A DNA stretch of 64,000 bases, from assembly GCA_965219415.1 (NCBI GenBank), contig OZ244742.1, positions 896,001 to 960,000 of the forward strand. The letters are read 5' to 3'. This DNA is from Candidatus Marinacidobacterales bacterium (GTDB lineage Bacteria > Acidobacteriota > Vicinamibacteria > Marinacidobacterales > DATDRI01). The notes under the pieces are model-generated. The model saw nothing but the letters and a program-made list of their open reading frames with translations, was not told the origin of the DNA and searched no databases. Positions 9,983-20,595 of this stretch are shown here, piece by piece; within the stretch, counting starts at the first letter, position 1; each line of letters starts with the position of its first letter. A program made the translations under genes and the position numbers.

Positions 9983-10095
9983 AATCAATTTAGTCGTTGT
10001 GTGATCCAGATCAAACCTACGGACTGTCGGGACTTGGCGCGCGCCGATCGGTCGTTATGCTAAACTGAGGCCCCGTTCCTACCGGGCTTGGAGCG

Positions 10096-10608
10096 GTGGT
10101 GAACAAAAGCCGTGGAGTCGCCGCCTTGGAAATCCAAAACGTCAAGCTAGAGTTTCCTTCCGACACCAACATCATCCTCGGACAATCGCACTTCATCAAA
10201 ACCGTGGAAGATCTCTACGAGATCATGGTGACAACGGTGCCGGGCGCACCGTTCGGAGTCGCTTTTAGCGAAGCCTCCGGCCCCCGCCTGGTAAGAGCCG
10301 AAGGGAACGATGAAGAACTCAAGCAACTCGCGAGCAAGAACGTGATGGCGATCGCTGCTGGGCATTGCTTTCTTGTGATCATGAGGGAGGCCTACCCCAT
10401 CAATGTCCTCCCACGCATTCGTGATTGTCCAGAAGTGTGCGGAATCTTCTGCGCGACGGCCAACCCGGTTACGGTGCTCGTAGCACTCGCCGACGAGGGG
10501 CGGGCCATCCTCGGTGTGGTTGATGGAGGAGCCCCCCTGGGGATCGAGGCGGGTGCGGACATCGCGAAGAGGAAGGAATTCCTCCGCAACATCGGCTACA
10601 AACGCTAG
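10096..10608 (+). CDS. Adenosine-specific kinase family protein (DUF355); true start may be TTG 10126
   Basis: NIILGQSHFIKTVEDLYE, FSEASGPRLVR, IFCATANP, GRAILGVVDG, C-terminal IGYKR. Confidence 0.88.
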   Translation: MVNKSRGVAALEIQNVKLEFPSDTNIILGQSHFIKTVEDLYEIMVTTVPGAPFGVAFSEASGPRLVRAEGNDEELKQLASKNVMAIAAGHCFLVIMREAYPINVLPRIRDCPEVCGIFCATANPVTVLVALADEGRAILGVVDGGAPLGIEAGADIAKRKEFLRNIGYKR

Positions 10609-10913
10609 CCGCCGGGCCAGCTGCTCACGCTTCGGGGCGTTCCTTGCAGGCAGATACTGAGACAGGCGTATCTTTCGACGAGGAATGCAGAGCCGAGGGA
10701 CAAAGTTCACATGGCGGCTCCGACGCGCAACATTTCTCGATCGGTCGCGCCAGCAGCCGTCTTATCGCCACCCAATCGGGCTCCCGGTGCGAGATCTTGC
10801 CGGAATTCATCGGATGAACGGTTTTCATCGATAAACCTCGAGGAAACGCCGGGGTAGAATCAGATTAGCAGGGAACATCGTGCGACAACAATTGGCAGCT
10901 GGAGTGGGGCGAC

Positions 10914-11075
10914 ATGACCGAGAGCAACCTTGGTGAGAAGCACTTTCTGGGACCGGGCGATTTCATTGAGGTGCCGGCGGGAACCCTGCAATCCGCCGAG
11001 GTGATCGGGAACGAACCAGTCGAAAGTTTCGACGCGACCCAATCCGCTCACTCTCCTCGAATAGGCGGCCCATGA
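10914..11075 (+). pseudogene. Truncated cupin-like fragment (53 aa)
   Basis: Hand translation MTESNLGEKHFLGPGDFIEVPAGTLQSAEVIGNEPVESFDAT resembles cupin motif 2 with His replaced by Gln; motif 1 is absent. Confidence 0.45.
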
Positions 11076-11076
11076 A

Positions 11077-12147
11077 GTGAAGCCGCCGCCGCCCCGCCCA
11101 CTCATCGCCGCCGCCCGACCGGTCGAAATCCCAGACCACAATCGGATAGGCAAGCTGCGCTTGGATATGAACGAGAACCAATGGGGCCCCTCACCTCGGG
11201 TTCTCACCGCCCTTTCGTCTTTATTGGACGATGGCGGCCGGGCGTTGTCGCTTTATGGGTTCCATCAACAGTTGCTCGGCCTTCTCTCCGAGCGATTGCG
11301 CGTTCCTTCCGGCGAAATTCTGATCACGGCCGGGGCAGACGAAGGAATTTCCCTACTGTTCGAGGCGTTCAGGTCCCCCCACGATACGGTGGTGCTTCCC
11401 GATCCAACCTTTGTGACGTTTCTAACCGAGGCCGAAACGACAGGTGACACTATCCAGCGCGTTCCGTACCGCGAAGACCTGCAGTTCCCCAGGCAAGAGT
11501 TCTTGGAAGCGATGGCCGCACGACCGCGAATGGCGATCATCGTGAACCCGAACAACCCCACCGGTACGGCGGTGGAGATCGATTGGATCGAGGCGCTTTG
11601 CAGCAAAGCTCCCGACACTCTCGTCGTTTGCGACGAAGCCTACGTGGAGTACCACGGCGAGACGACCCTCTCTATTCGCCCTCGCCCGGCAAACCTGGCG
11701 GTCGTGCGCACCTTCTCCAAAGCATATGGCCTGGCGGGTTTGCGAGTGGCCTTCGTGGTCGCGCACGCGGAGGTCGTCGCCTCGCTGCAAAAGGTTAGAA
11801 CGCCGTTTTCGGTGAGCACCGCGGCCTTGGTGGCGGCGTGTGCTGCGCTCGAGGACTCAGACTTCCTTGATGCACACGTAGAAATGGTGCGGAAGGAGAT
11901 GTCCTCTCTCGTCGAGTCCCTGCGGGGTTTGGGGTTCGATGCGGTGCCCACACGTACCAATTTCGTTTTGCTGCACGCCGGGGATGATGCGCCCAGGCTA
12001 GTCTCGAAGCTTGCGACAAAGGGGATCGTTGTCAGCAACCGAAGTCACGACCAAGGGTTGGAGGGTGTGCTTCGAATCGCGGTTGGCCGGCCTGACCAAA
12101 GCAAACGCTTGGTGGATGCACTCGGCCAGCTCCGGGCTCGGAGTTAG
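11077..12147 (+). CDS. hisC: Histidinol-phosphate aminotransferase-like PLP enzyme
   Basis: LDMNEN, TAGADE, NPNNPTG, DEAY, RTFSKAYGLAGLR. Confidence 0.8.
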   Translation: MKPPPPRPLIAAARPVEIPDHNRIGKLRLDMNENQWGPSPRVLTALSSLLDDGGRALSLYGFHQQLLGLLSERLRVPSGEILITAGADEGISLLFEAFRSPHDTVVLPDPTFVTFLTEAETTGDTIQRVPYREDLQFPRQEFLEAMAARPRMAIIVNPNNPTGTAVEIDWIEALCSKAPDTLVVCDEAYVEYHGETTLSIRPRPANLAVVRTFSKAYGLAGLRVAFVVAHAEVVASLQKVRTPFSVSTAALVAACAALEDSDFLDAHVEMVRKEMSSLVESLRGLGFDAVPTRTNFVLLHAGDDAPRLVSKLATKGIVVSNRSHDQGLEGVLRIAVGRPDQSKRLVDALGQLRARS

Positions 12148-12155
12148 CAACCGAG

Positions 12156-13581
12156 TTACTTAGACCGGTCGATAAACCGATGAATACTGGACAGGTATTC
12201 GAACGACAAGAGCTGCGGCTCACTTTCATTGGCGGCGAGTAGCTCGAGTGCCACCATCCCGCTCTTGCCATCGCGCAGCACCCCGGCGAAGTCGATGGAA
12301 AGATCGGCCAAGGGCTCGGTCCCCTCGGCCCCTGCGATCACCACGACATCCATCGATTCGCTGAGATCCTTTAGACCCTTGGCGCAAGAAGCAATTGTGT
12401 CGCCGTTCTGGCCTAGATACTCGATACCATCCACGAACAGTGCGCAGATAGCGCCCCCGCTCGAGTCCAAAAGCTGCCGGCACATCTTGCGGATGAGCCC
12501 GATGTTCGTCTCCTTGCCCGCCTCCACCACAAAGACCCGTTTCATCCAGGAAGAAGCCTGCTTGCCGCATTTCTCGATTTTCTTCCACTCCTGCGAGTCC
12601 TTTTTGAGACGACCCTTCTCGATGTCCCGAGAAGAAACGCCGGACAAACGGGACAAAGTGCGAACTCTCAACGCGTCCTTGGAAAGTCGGAAAGACAGAT
12701 AGAGGCAAGGCACGCGAGCACCTTCGGCAATCTGATCGGTGAGCTGCTTGAGAAAACCAGAAAGCCGCTCGGGCTCGTCGTCCACTACCAGCACGACGCC
12801 GGGCCCCAACCCCTCGGTGGCCTCGTCCAGAGAAGCAAAACCACTCTCGAGTGTCTTTCCCTGTTTCGACCCTAGCTCTTCCAGATAGCTGCCGAGCTCG
12901 GTGCCTTCGGAAGCCAAAACGAGAGGACTGCTTTTCGCCAAGGGGGGTTTGCTCTTGGGCTTGCCAAACGCCGGATCGCTCTTGGCCAGAGCGGGTGCGT
13001 TTCTCTTGGCGCTCTTCACTTCAGGCCCCGGTGTGCTTCGCGCGCTCTTCGCGGAAATATTGACCTGGGTCAGGCTAGGATCGGACTTGGGATCCTGTGG
13101 CGGCTTCGCCGTGACCGACCGCGGTTTAGCGGGACGTTTCTCCGCGGCCGTGAACCGCGGATTCGTCTCCGCCTCCGGTTCCACTTCCGCGTCATCGGGC
13201 CGCGGTGGGAGCCCCAAGGAGGAACGCTCCTTTATCTTCGCGACCTGCTGCTCCAATTCCGGCATCGGGGGAAGATCGCCGTTGAAGAAGATCCTCCAGG
13301 TAGAATCCTTCGGGGTAGTCGACCGATCGCTGCTTGAGCTCCTCGTCCAAATTGCTGTGGACGATGTAGTCTCCCTTGCGATGCATGTCCTCCAGGGCTT
13401 CGAAGATCGCCCCGTTCACGGGGAAGTAGAAATCGTGGCTGGTAAGGACGTCCGGGATCTTGTACTTCGGCTCGGAGCCAGCTGTGTTGACGGTTAGACA
13501 CAGAGTCTGGAGGATCGATGTCTCGAGTTCTAGCAGCTTGCCCAGCCCAACTTCGGCAAAGGCTTTTGCGTTGGTAGCCAT
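12156..13581 (-). CDS. DnaB-like protein (N-domain, Pro/Lys-rich linker, degenerate RecA-fold C-domain); one frameshift near 13287
   Basis: GGAGG RBS before ATG 13581; LELETSIL...DFYFPVNGAIFEALEDM matches DnaB-N; SGFASLDEATEGL, RTLSRLSGVSSRDIEKGRL, LKDLSESMDVVVI match DnaB-C. Confidence 0.75.
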
Positions 13582-13682
13582 TTCCTCCCTCCGATGGCGC
13601 AAAAACCCGCCACCCGACGATTGAGACCCTGGTATCGAATCAAGGGCAGGTCGTATTCCGCACGGCTGTACCCATCGAAGAT

Positions 13683-16029
13683 TTGAAACCTTTTTTTGCC
13701 CATAGCCAAGAAATCGTGCGGCGAGTCGAGGTTCAACACTCGACGATTATCGGAGAGATCCAGGAAAGAGGGCTCGAACCCACGCCCCAGCAACGCGTGG
13801 CTCAGCCGTCGGGCGATCCTAAGCCGGAGGTGCCCGGCTTGGGAAAGAGGCTACAGAGAGCACTCGCCTACTTGGGTAAGAAGGATTTCGCTTTGGCGGA
13901 GCGCGAGCTTCGCGAGATCCTCGACAGAGACTCCAATTTTATCGAGGCGCGAGAGCTTCTAGAGATCGTACAAGCCTCTGGCACGGAGAAGGCTCCTCCA
14001 GCCGCCAGCACGTCCGATCGCTTGCGGGCTGGTGCTGAAGCGTTGACGCGAGGATGGAGGAGCTCAGCCATCCAGAACTGGGCGCGGGGACTATCTGCCG
14101 ATCCATCGAACCGTATCTTCCAGCTACTGGTGCTCCTGACGACCACGCCGTCGGCAGAGAGAAGAACCAACTACCTCCAAGAACTCTTGTCCATGGGTCA
14201 AAAATTGCTTGCTGACAACCGCTCGGAAGAGGCGCACGCCTTGCTCCTCGCTCTCCAGGCTATTGAAGACCCGGAAGGGATCTCTCCTCAGCTCTCCGGA
14301 GCGTCGATCGGCCCGACCCTTTCTTCCGATCCGTCGGCTCCACCGAATTTGAAACCGACCGATACGCAACCCACTCTCGTGAATCCCCCGGCTTCCTTGT
14401 CAACGCTGATAGAGAGTGGGCCCTCGTCTCCACCGGCATCGCCCGTCTCTGGTCCCCTCGTCGACCAGTCACACGACGAACACCCAGAGCGCGAGGCCGC
14501 GCTCGTCGAGGCCAGCGAGGCAGAAGTGGAGGCCCGCAAACAACCACTACCGCGCCACAGCTCGTCGCGACGTCACTTTGCGGGGGGTGCGTTCTGGGAA
14601 CTGCTCGGGCTCCATCCCGCGCTCGTTCTCGGGGGAGCAGGTGCGCTGGTTCTTGCCACGGTGGGCTTGATCTTTTTCCTAGGCCGGAGCGAGGAGCCCG
14701 GGAACGAGCAGCTGCAAAAGGCGGCCAGCCTAGTAGCCACCGGTCAATTCGATCGCGCCATCGCGGCCTACGATCAGATCCTTAGGTCCGGCCAGTTCGA
14801 AGTGCTCGCCTACCTGGGTCGGGGTCGCGCGCGACTCGCGGCTGGGCGGGAGGAAGGCCTAGACGATCTAACGCGCGCCGCAGAGCTCGCACCCGATTCT
14901 CCCGCAATACTCGAGGAGATGGCGGACGGATTCTACACACGAGGTCGCTTCGTCGAGGCGGCAACCGTCTATGGCAAATCGATATCGCTCGGCAAAGACA
15001 ACGCCAACGCCCGGTACCGCCTGGCCACGAGCCTGGTCCAACTCGACCGCCACCATGAAGCGCTCCCGCACCTCAAGGCAGCGCTCAGCATCGACGCATC
15101 GCACGGAGAAGCGCGCTACCTCTACGGAACGTTGCTCAACTCCACGGGCCAGTTCACAGAGGCCGAGAACGAGCTCCGAGGAGCGCGAACGCGTTTCGAT
15201 CCGGGTGCCGATTACTTCGTCGAGCTCGGACTCGCTCTCCTAGGCCAAGGGAAGCTGGACGGAGCGGAAGAGATCGCGAGGGACTTCGAGCGGTACGATC
15301 CTGGCGACGCTCGAGCACACACGCTGCTGGGAGAAGTCTACTTGGAACGACGGCGTTTCGAAGCAGCTCGTCACGAGCTCATCACCGCCCTGCAGACGAA
15401 TGCCGATCAACCCCGCGCCCAATTGGCCCTCGGTCGAGTCTGGTTGGCGATCGGCCGGTCCAAGGGGGATCGGGGAGACCTCGCCAAGGCAAAGACAGGT
15501 ATTGCAGGACGCTCGTGGAGTTCCGAAGGGCGAGCGCCTGTTGACTCTCGGTCAGATCTCGTTGGCGGAGGGAGACTCGTTCAACGCAATCAACTCCTTC
15601 GAGAACTCGATTGCCCAAGGTGGAAATCGCCTTCCGGCTCGGCTCGGTCTTGCCGAAGCTCGCTTCGCTGCGCAAGACTTCGCGGGAGCGGCCAAGGAGT
15701 TGGAGTCCGCCGAAATCCTTGCCCCCGCTGACCCAGCTATCGCGTTATCGTTGGGGCTGATTCACTCGCAAATGAAGAACTTTCCGAAAGCAGCTCAGGA
15801 ATACCTAAAAGCCATTCACCGAGTCGGGTTGACGAAACCGGCGGAAGAGAAAAGCGGGCCGGTGGTCCTACCCACGCCTTACGTCGACGTTCCCGCCTCG
15901 TTCGACGTCAACCGAGTGATTCGCGATGCTTATCGAAGAGCGCTCGCCACGGACAGAGAGAACAAAGTGGCGAGCGCGCTCAAGGAAATCGCGCAGTCCA
16001 CTTCATTCGTCATTTCGGGACCGGCCTGA
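13683..16029 (+). CDS. Large membrane-anchored TPR protein; one frameshift near 15492
   Basis: Many TPR helices, central TM segment LVLGGAGALVLATVGLIFFLG; removing one A at 15491-15493 joins ORF 13683 to ORF 15400..16029 (AKARQVLQDARG). Confidence 0.8.
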
Positions 16030-16344
16030 CGAAAGTGTCCCCTCGGCACGACGGCTTTCGGAATCGGCGAAATGAACCTCACCACCACCTATATAGAAGC
16101 GGGTCCCCTTCTTCAGCTGTAGACAATGCTCGATTTCGGGGTCGGTTTTCCCGGCCCCGAGAACGTGGGCACGCAGGAGCACCCACCAGCACGCCAGCGT
16201 GTCACGCGCTCGTCGGATAACCGAGGAACGCGGTCCGGCCTGCTCTGCCGATTCGGCCTGCTCGGGCTGTCGAGACGCACCAACCAATTCCATGCTAGAG
16301 ATGCTAGCCTCTGCGAACTGCTCTGCCTGTGAGGCAGCCAACAA
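16003..16344 (-). CDS. Possible small hypothetical protein
   Basis: Fills the gap downstream of lpxA on the same strand; no recognisable motif. Confidence 0.25.
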   Translation of the reverse strand: MLAASQAEQFAEASISSMELVGASRQPEQAESAEQAGPRSSVIRRARDTLACWWVLLRAHVLGAGKTDPEIEHCLQLKKGTRFYIGGGEVHFADSESRRAEGTLSSGRSRNDE

Positions 16345-16368
16345 AGTCGCGGAGTTTCTAGTAATGGC

Positions 16369-17151
16369 TCAACGACGCTTGCGTCGATCTCCGCAGACTC
16401 CCCGCTTGCTAGCCTGGATGAACTCCGCGAGTCGCTTGCTGGGCTCGGCACCCAGACTCTGAATGCGGCGAAGGGCTTCCTCCCTTGGAAGATTCGACCG
16501 ATATAAGAGGCGGTACGCTTCTTTGAGAGCGCGGACGTCATCGGAGCTGAACCCGGCTCTTCGCAAACCTACCAAGTTGAGCCCCACCGCGCGACCGGGC
16601 ACACCGTCGACGGTAAAAAAAGGAGGCACGTCCAAGTTGATCTTCGATCCTCCGCCGACCATCGCGAGCTCTCCGATTCGAGAAAACTGATGCACGACCA
16701 CGCCGCCCGAGATGAACGCCTTCGCTCCTACGTGAATGTGTCCCGCCAACGCGACGTAACTTGCAACGATGGCTCCATCACCAATGTCACAATCATGGGC
16801 GATGTGGCCATAAGCCATGAGGAAACAATTCCGGCCGAGTCTGGTAACGCCGCCTTCCCGTCCACTGCGGTGCACCGTGGCGTACTCGCGAATTACGGTC
16901 TGATCGCCGACGTCCGCGAAACTCTCGACCGGTCGATACTTCAGATCCTGGGGCTCACCACCGAGGACCGCTCCCTCGAAGATCCTTACATCCTTCCCGA
17001 GACGGAGGCCTCGTTTGAGCACCGAGCGAGCAGCGATCTGACATCCGTCGCCCACTACCACTCCGGGCTCGATGATGACTTGTGGGCCGATCTCGATTTT
17101 GGAGCCGAGCTCGCTATCGGAACTCACGATCGCAGTGGAATGGACGGACAT
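16369..17151 (-). CDS. lpxA: Acyl-ACP--UDP-N-acetylglucosamine O-acyltransferase
   Basis: Hexapeptide repeats, PQDLKY, IREYATVHR, HIAHDC, VHQF, GLNLVGLRRAGF; ATG 17151. Confidence 0.92.
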   Translation of the reverse strand: MSVHSTAIVSSDSELGSKIEIGPQVIIEPGVVVGDGCQIAARSVLKRGLRLGKDVRIFEGAVLGGEPQDLKYRPVESFADVGDQTVIREYATVHRSGREGGVTRLGRNCFLMAYGHIAHDCDIGDGAIVASYVALAGHIHVGAKAFISGGVVVHQFSRIGELAMVGGGSKINLDVPPFFTVDGVPGRAVGLNLVGLRRAGFSSDDVRALKEAYRLLYRSNLPREEALRRIQSLGAEPSKRLAEFIQASKRGVCGDRRKRR

Positions 17152-17188
17152 GGGATGCTCCGTGGGGTGGGTCTTGGCTGGGTTTGGC

Positions 17189-18424
17189 TCAGTCGAGATA
17201 TTCCTGGACGACGGCCTCGACTTCCGAGTCCTCGAGCACTCGCTCGGATTTCTTCGCTGCTTGAAAGATAGCCTCGACCAGTTCGTCCTTGACCGGAAGA
17301 CCCCGTGAGGCCAGCCAGAATTGCACGTTCGACAAACCACACATCGGGCCAACCTCGATCTTTTGCTCTAGACCGAACTCGCCCGCCGGCACTCCCGAGT
17401 ACACCCGGTCGGCCAACCAGGCATCCTTTTTCTTGAAAGCCTTGATGACTGAAGCGGCGTGAACGCCCGTGCCGGTGCGAAATGCGTCGGAACCGACGAC
17501 AGGATAACCGGCAGGAATAGGAACGCCGGTCGCCTCGGAAACGGTCCGGCAGTAGTCGGGCAGCCGCGTAAGATCGTTATCGATGACACCCATCAGCTTG
17601 AGGTTCACTAAAAGGAGATCCATCGAAGTGTTGCCGCATCGTTCACCGATTCCCAGGGCGCAGCCGTGCACGCGATCGACGCCCGCCTCGATGGCGGCCA
17701 AGCTGTTCGGAATGTCCAGCCCGCGGTCCCGGTGGCCGTGCCAGTCGATCTTCACCGGCTCGCCGGTATCAGCAACGACGCCCTTGATGAAGTCGACAAG
17801 TTTGCGCACGCCTTCCGGGGTAGCGTGCCCGACGGTATCGCAGAGACAGATGCGCCGGGCGCCACATTCGATGGCAGTGGTATAAAGCCTGCGCAGCGTC
17901 TCCGGGCGGGCACGAGTCGTATCCTCGGTGACGTACATGTTGGAGAGGCCGTTTTCAACAACGTACGTCACGGCCTCCTCAGTGTGCTTGAGTAGCCGAT
18001 CGAGCTCCCAGTCCTCTGCGTATTGGCGAATCGGGCTCGAACCGATGAACGTTCCACACTCGATTGGCAACCCAACCTTTTGAGAGATTTCGACGATCGG
18101 CTCGATATCCGACCTTAGAGTACGGGCGGCGCAGTTCGGTGCGACCGAGAGCTTTTGATCGGCGATCTCTTTCGCCAGTCGCAGGACCTGCTCTTGAACA
18201 AGGGGACCGGCCCCTGGAAGGCCTATGTCTGCAGAGTGGATCCCGAGGTCGTTGATGAGATGGAGGATCTCCAGCTTCTTTTCGATGGGGGGCGAGATGA
18301 CCGAAGGGCTCTGGAGTCCATCCCTAAGTGTTTCATCATCGAACTCGATCGTTTTCGCCAACTCGGGGGGCGCAGTCCCCTCACGGTTCCAGTCATAGAT
18401 GAGATCTCTCTCCCGCCCCTCCAT
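17189..18424 (-). CDS. LeuA-family (DRE-TIM) acetyl-CoA condensing enzyme without the C-terminal regulatory domain
   Basis: DETLRDGLQ, LCDTVG, WHGHRDRG, GIGERCGN; 411 aa. Confidence 0.85.
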   Translation of the reverse strand: MEGRERDLIYDWNREGTAPPELAKTIEFDDETLRDGLQSPSVISPPIEKKLEILHLINDLGIHSADIGLPGAGPLVQEQVLRLAKEIADQKLSVAPNCAARTLRSDIEPIVEISQKVGLPIECGTFIGSSPIRQYAEDWELDRLLKHTEEAVTYVVENGLSNMYVTEDTTRARPETLRRLYTTAIECGARRICLCDTVGHATPEGVRKLVDFIKGVVADTGEPVKIDWHGHRDRGLDIPNSLAAIEAGVDRVHGCALGIGERCGNTSMDLLLVNLKLMGVIDNDLTRLPDYCRTVSEATGVPIPAGYPVVGSDAFRTGTGVHAASVIKAFKKKDAWLADRVYSGVPAGEFGLEQKIEVGPMCGLSNVQFWLASRGLPVKDELVEAIFQAAKKSERVLEDSEVEAVVQEYLD

Positions 18425-18487
18425 TAATGTCTCCTCGACCCATTGTAGATCGATCTTCTCGCGAGAAACGAATTGGCTGAGGGACTC

Positions 18488-19593
18488 TCAGGAATCCTTG
18501 TATACAATCCGGTAGATGACACCGGCTTCGTCATCAGAAACGAGAAGCGCCCCATCCGGCATGACCAGGATATCGACTGGCCGGCCCCAGGCCTCCTCGC
18601 CCTGCAGCCAACCTTCGGCGAAGGTCTCGTAGCTTACCGGATCATCTCCGTCCAGCTCCACGCGCATCACGCGATAACCGATCTTCTTGCTTCGATTCCA
18701 CGAGCCGTGTTCGGCGAAGAAGATCTGGCCTCGATAGGACTCGGGAAACATGGAACCGGTGTAGAAGCGCAACCCGAGCGCCGCGACGTGGGGACCGAGC
18801 GCTTTCGCAGGCGGCACGAACTCATCGCAGGTTCGATCGCCTCCGAACTTTGGGTCGGGAAATTTGCCGCCGTGACAATAGGGAAAGCCAAAATGTAGTC
18901 CTGGACCAGGAGCGTGGTTGAACTCGTCGGGAGGAATATCATCTCCCAACTGGTCTCGGCCATTGTCAGTGAACCACAGCTCTTTGGTCTCGGGGTGCCA
19001 CGAGAATCCGACGCTGTTGCGCACTCCCCGCGCGTAGACTTGCAGGTCCGTCCCGTCAGGATTCATCTGGAGAATCGAGGCATAGCGTTCATCGTCTCGC
19101 TCGCAGATATTGCAGGGCGCGCCTACCGGCACATAGAGTTTGCCGTCCGGCCCAAAAGCGATGAACTTCCAACCATGGGACTCGTCTTGTGGCAAATCGT
19201 CGCGAATCACAACCGGAGTGGGAAGGTCTCCCAGATTCGACTCGATGTCGTCGAAACGGCAACCCGATTCACTGCCGCCACATACAGCGCCCCCTCCCGA
19301 ATCGCCACCCCGTTGGGCATGTTCCAACCTTCGATGAGGGTGATGATTTTGTCGGCGCGATCGTCTTGATCTTGGTCGAGAACTGCATAGACATTGCCTT
19401 CGTCCATCGTCCCTACGAATAGGGTCCCGTTGGGGCCAAGAGCCATCGAGCGGGCATTGGGAACCCCCGTCGCGTAGAGATGAATCTCGAATCCGGGCGG
19501 AAGCTTGATTCGGTCGAGAGAGAGTTCTTCCGCGGCGGTACATCCGACGGAGAGAAGGACTGCGACGAGCGCAGTGAATCGCGTCAATCTCAT
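18488..19593 (-). CDS. PQQ-dependent sugar/sorbosone dehydrogenase family beta-propeller; one frameshift near 19260
   Basis: Lipobox SVGC, LPPGFEI, HGWKFIAFGPDGKLYVPVGAPCNIC, GVRNSVG, HGSWNR, GRPVD. Confidence 0.88.
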
Positions 19594-20595
19594 CAGGGTT
19601 CCCCAACCGATTCCGTGACCCACTTGTCCGGAATCGAAATCACATTAAGCTGATCGGAGCCCTCACAAGAGACGTAAAGTTTCCGGCCGGTCGGGTGTAC
19701 CGCCATCACGATCGGCTGGTCCCCGACTTGGATTTGAGAGAGAACGGAAAGTTTGTCGGTATCCAAGACCGACACCGTCGCCGAAGCGACGTTGTTGACG
19801 AAGCCAAGACTGCCGTTCGGCGACAAGACCATCGAGAACGGCTCCTTGCCGAGGCCGCTTCCGACCGTCGAGTCGATTTCATGGGTGTGGATATTCAGGA
19901 AATCGATGCGATCGGAGCCGCGGTTGACGACCGCTACATGCTTGTCGTCCGGCAGCATGGTGCTTCCCGACGGGTTCTTGCCAACTCGAACGGTGTCGTC
20001 GACCGTCCGAAGTAGAAGGTCGATGACCGTGACCTCACCGTTAGCGTAGCTCGGAACGAACAACCAGCGCCCATCCCGACTGAGCGCGGGAGGAAACGGG
20101 CGCTCGCCGGTCTCGAAGGAGCCCACGACTTCGAACGGGTCGAGTGAAACCTCGTACACCCGATTGTCCTGCTCGCAGGAGACAAAAGCCCCACGACCGT
20201 CCTTCGATAGAGTGAAGAGAGTCGGGTGAGACCCGACCTTTCGAGTTTCGACGATGTCACCGGTGAGAAGATTGATCAGAGAGAGCCGATCCGCCCCGAA
20301 ATGGCTCACCACTCCATGTCGACCATCGGGAGTCACTGCAATGCCAATGGGTTGGTCGCTGAGCTTAAAGCTTCTCTGGTAGGCATCGGTGTCGTAGTCG
20401 AAGACGGTGAGGGTTTGGCCTTCCGTCGACACCAGGTAGACTTCTCGACCATCTTGGGAGAAGGCGATCCCGTGCGGGTTCTCGGGTACCCGGGAGCGTC
20501 TTGATGACCCGGAACGCTTGCTGCTCGCCGAAACCAAGTGAGGACCAGGCCAGGATCGTTCCGAAAAACGCCCCTCCGATTCGGTGCTTCATCAA
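19593..20595 (-). CDS. YVTN/YncE-type beta-propeller protein; one frameshift near 20490
   Basis: Signal peptide in ORF 20365..20595 joins repeats PHGIAFSQDG, PIGIAVTPDG, PFPPALSRDG if one base is removed at 20489-20491. Confidence 0.85.

Noticed and set aside
12156-13581. Calling this the replicative helicase dnaB
   Set aside because: Walker A, the catalytic Glu and H3 motifs are absent.
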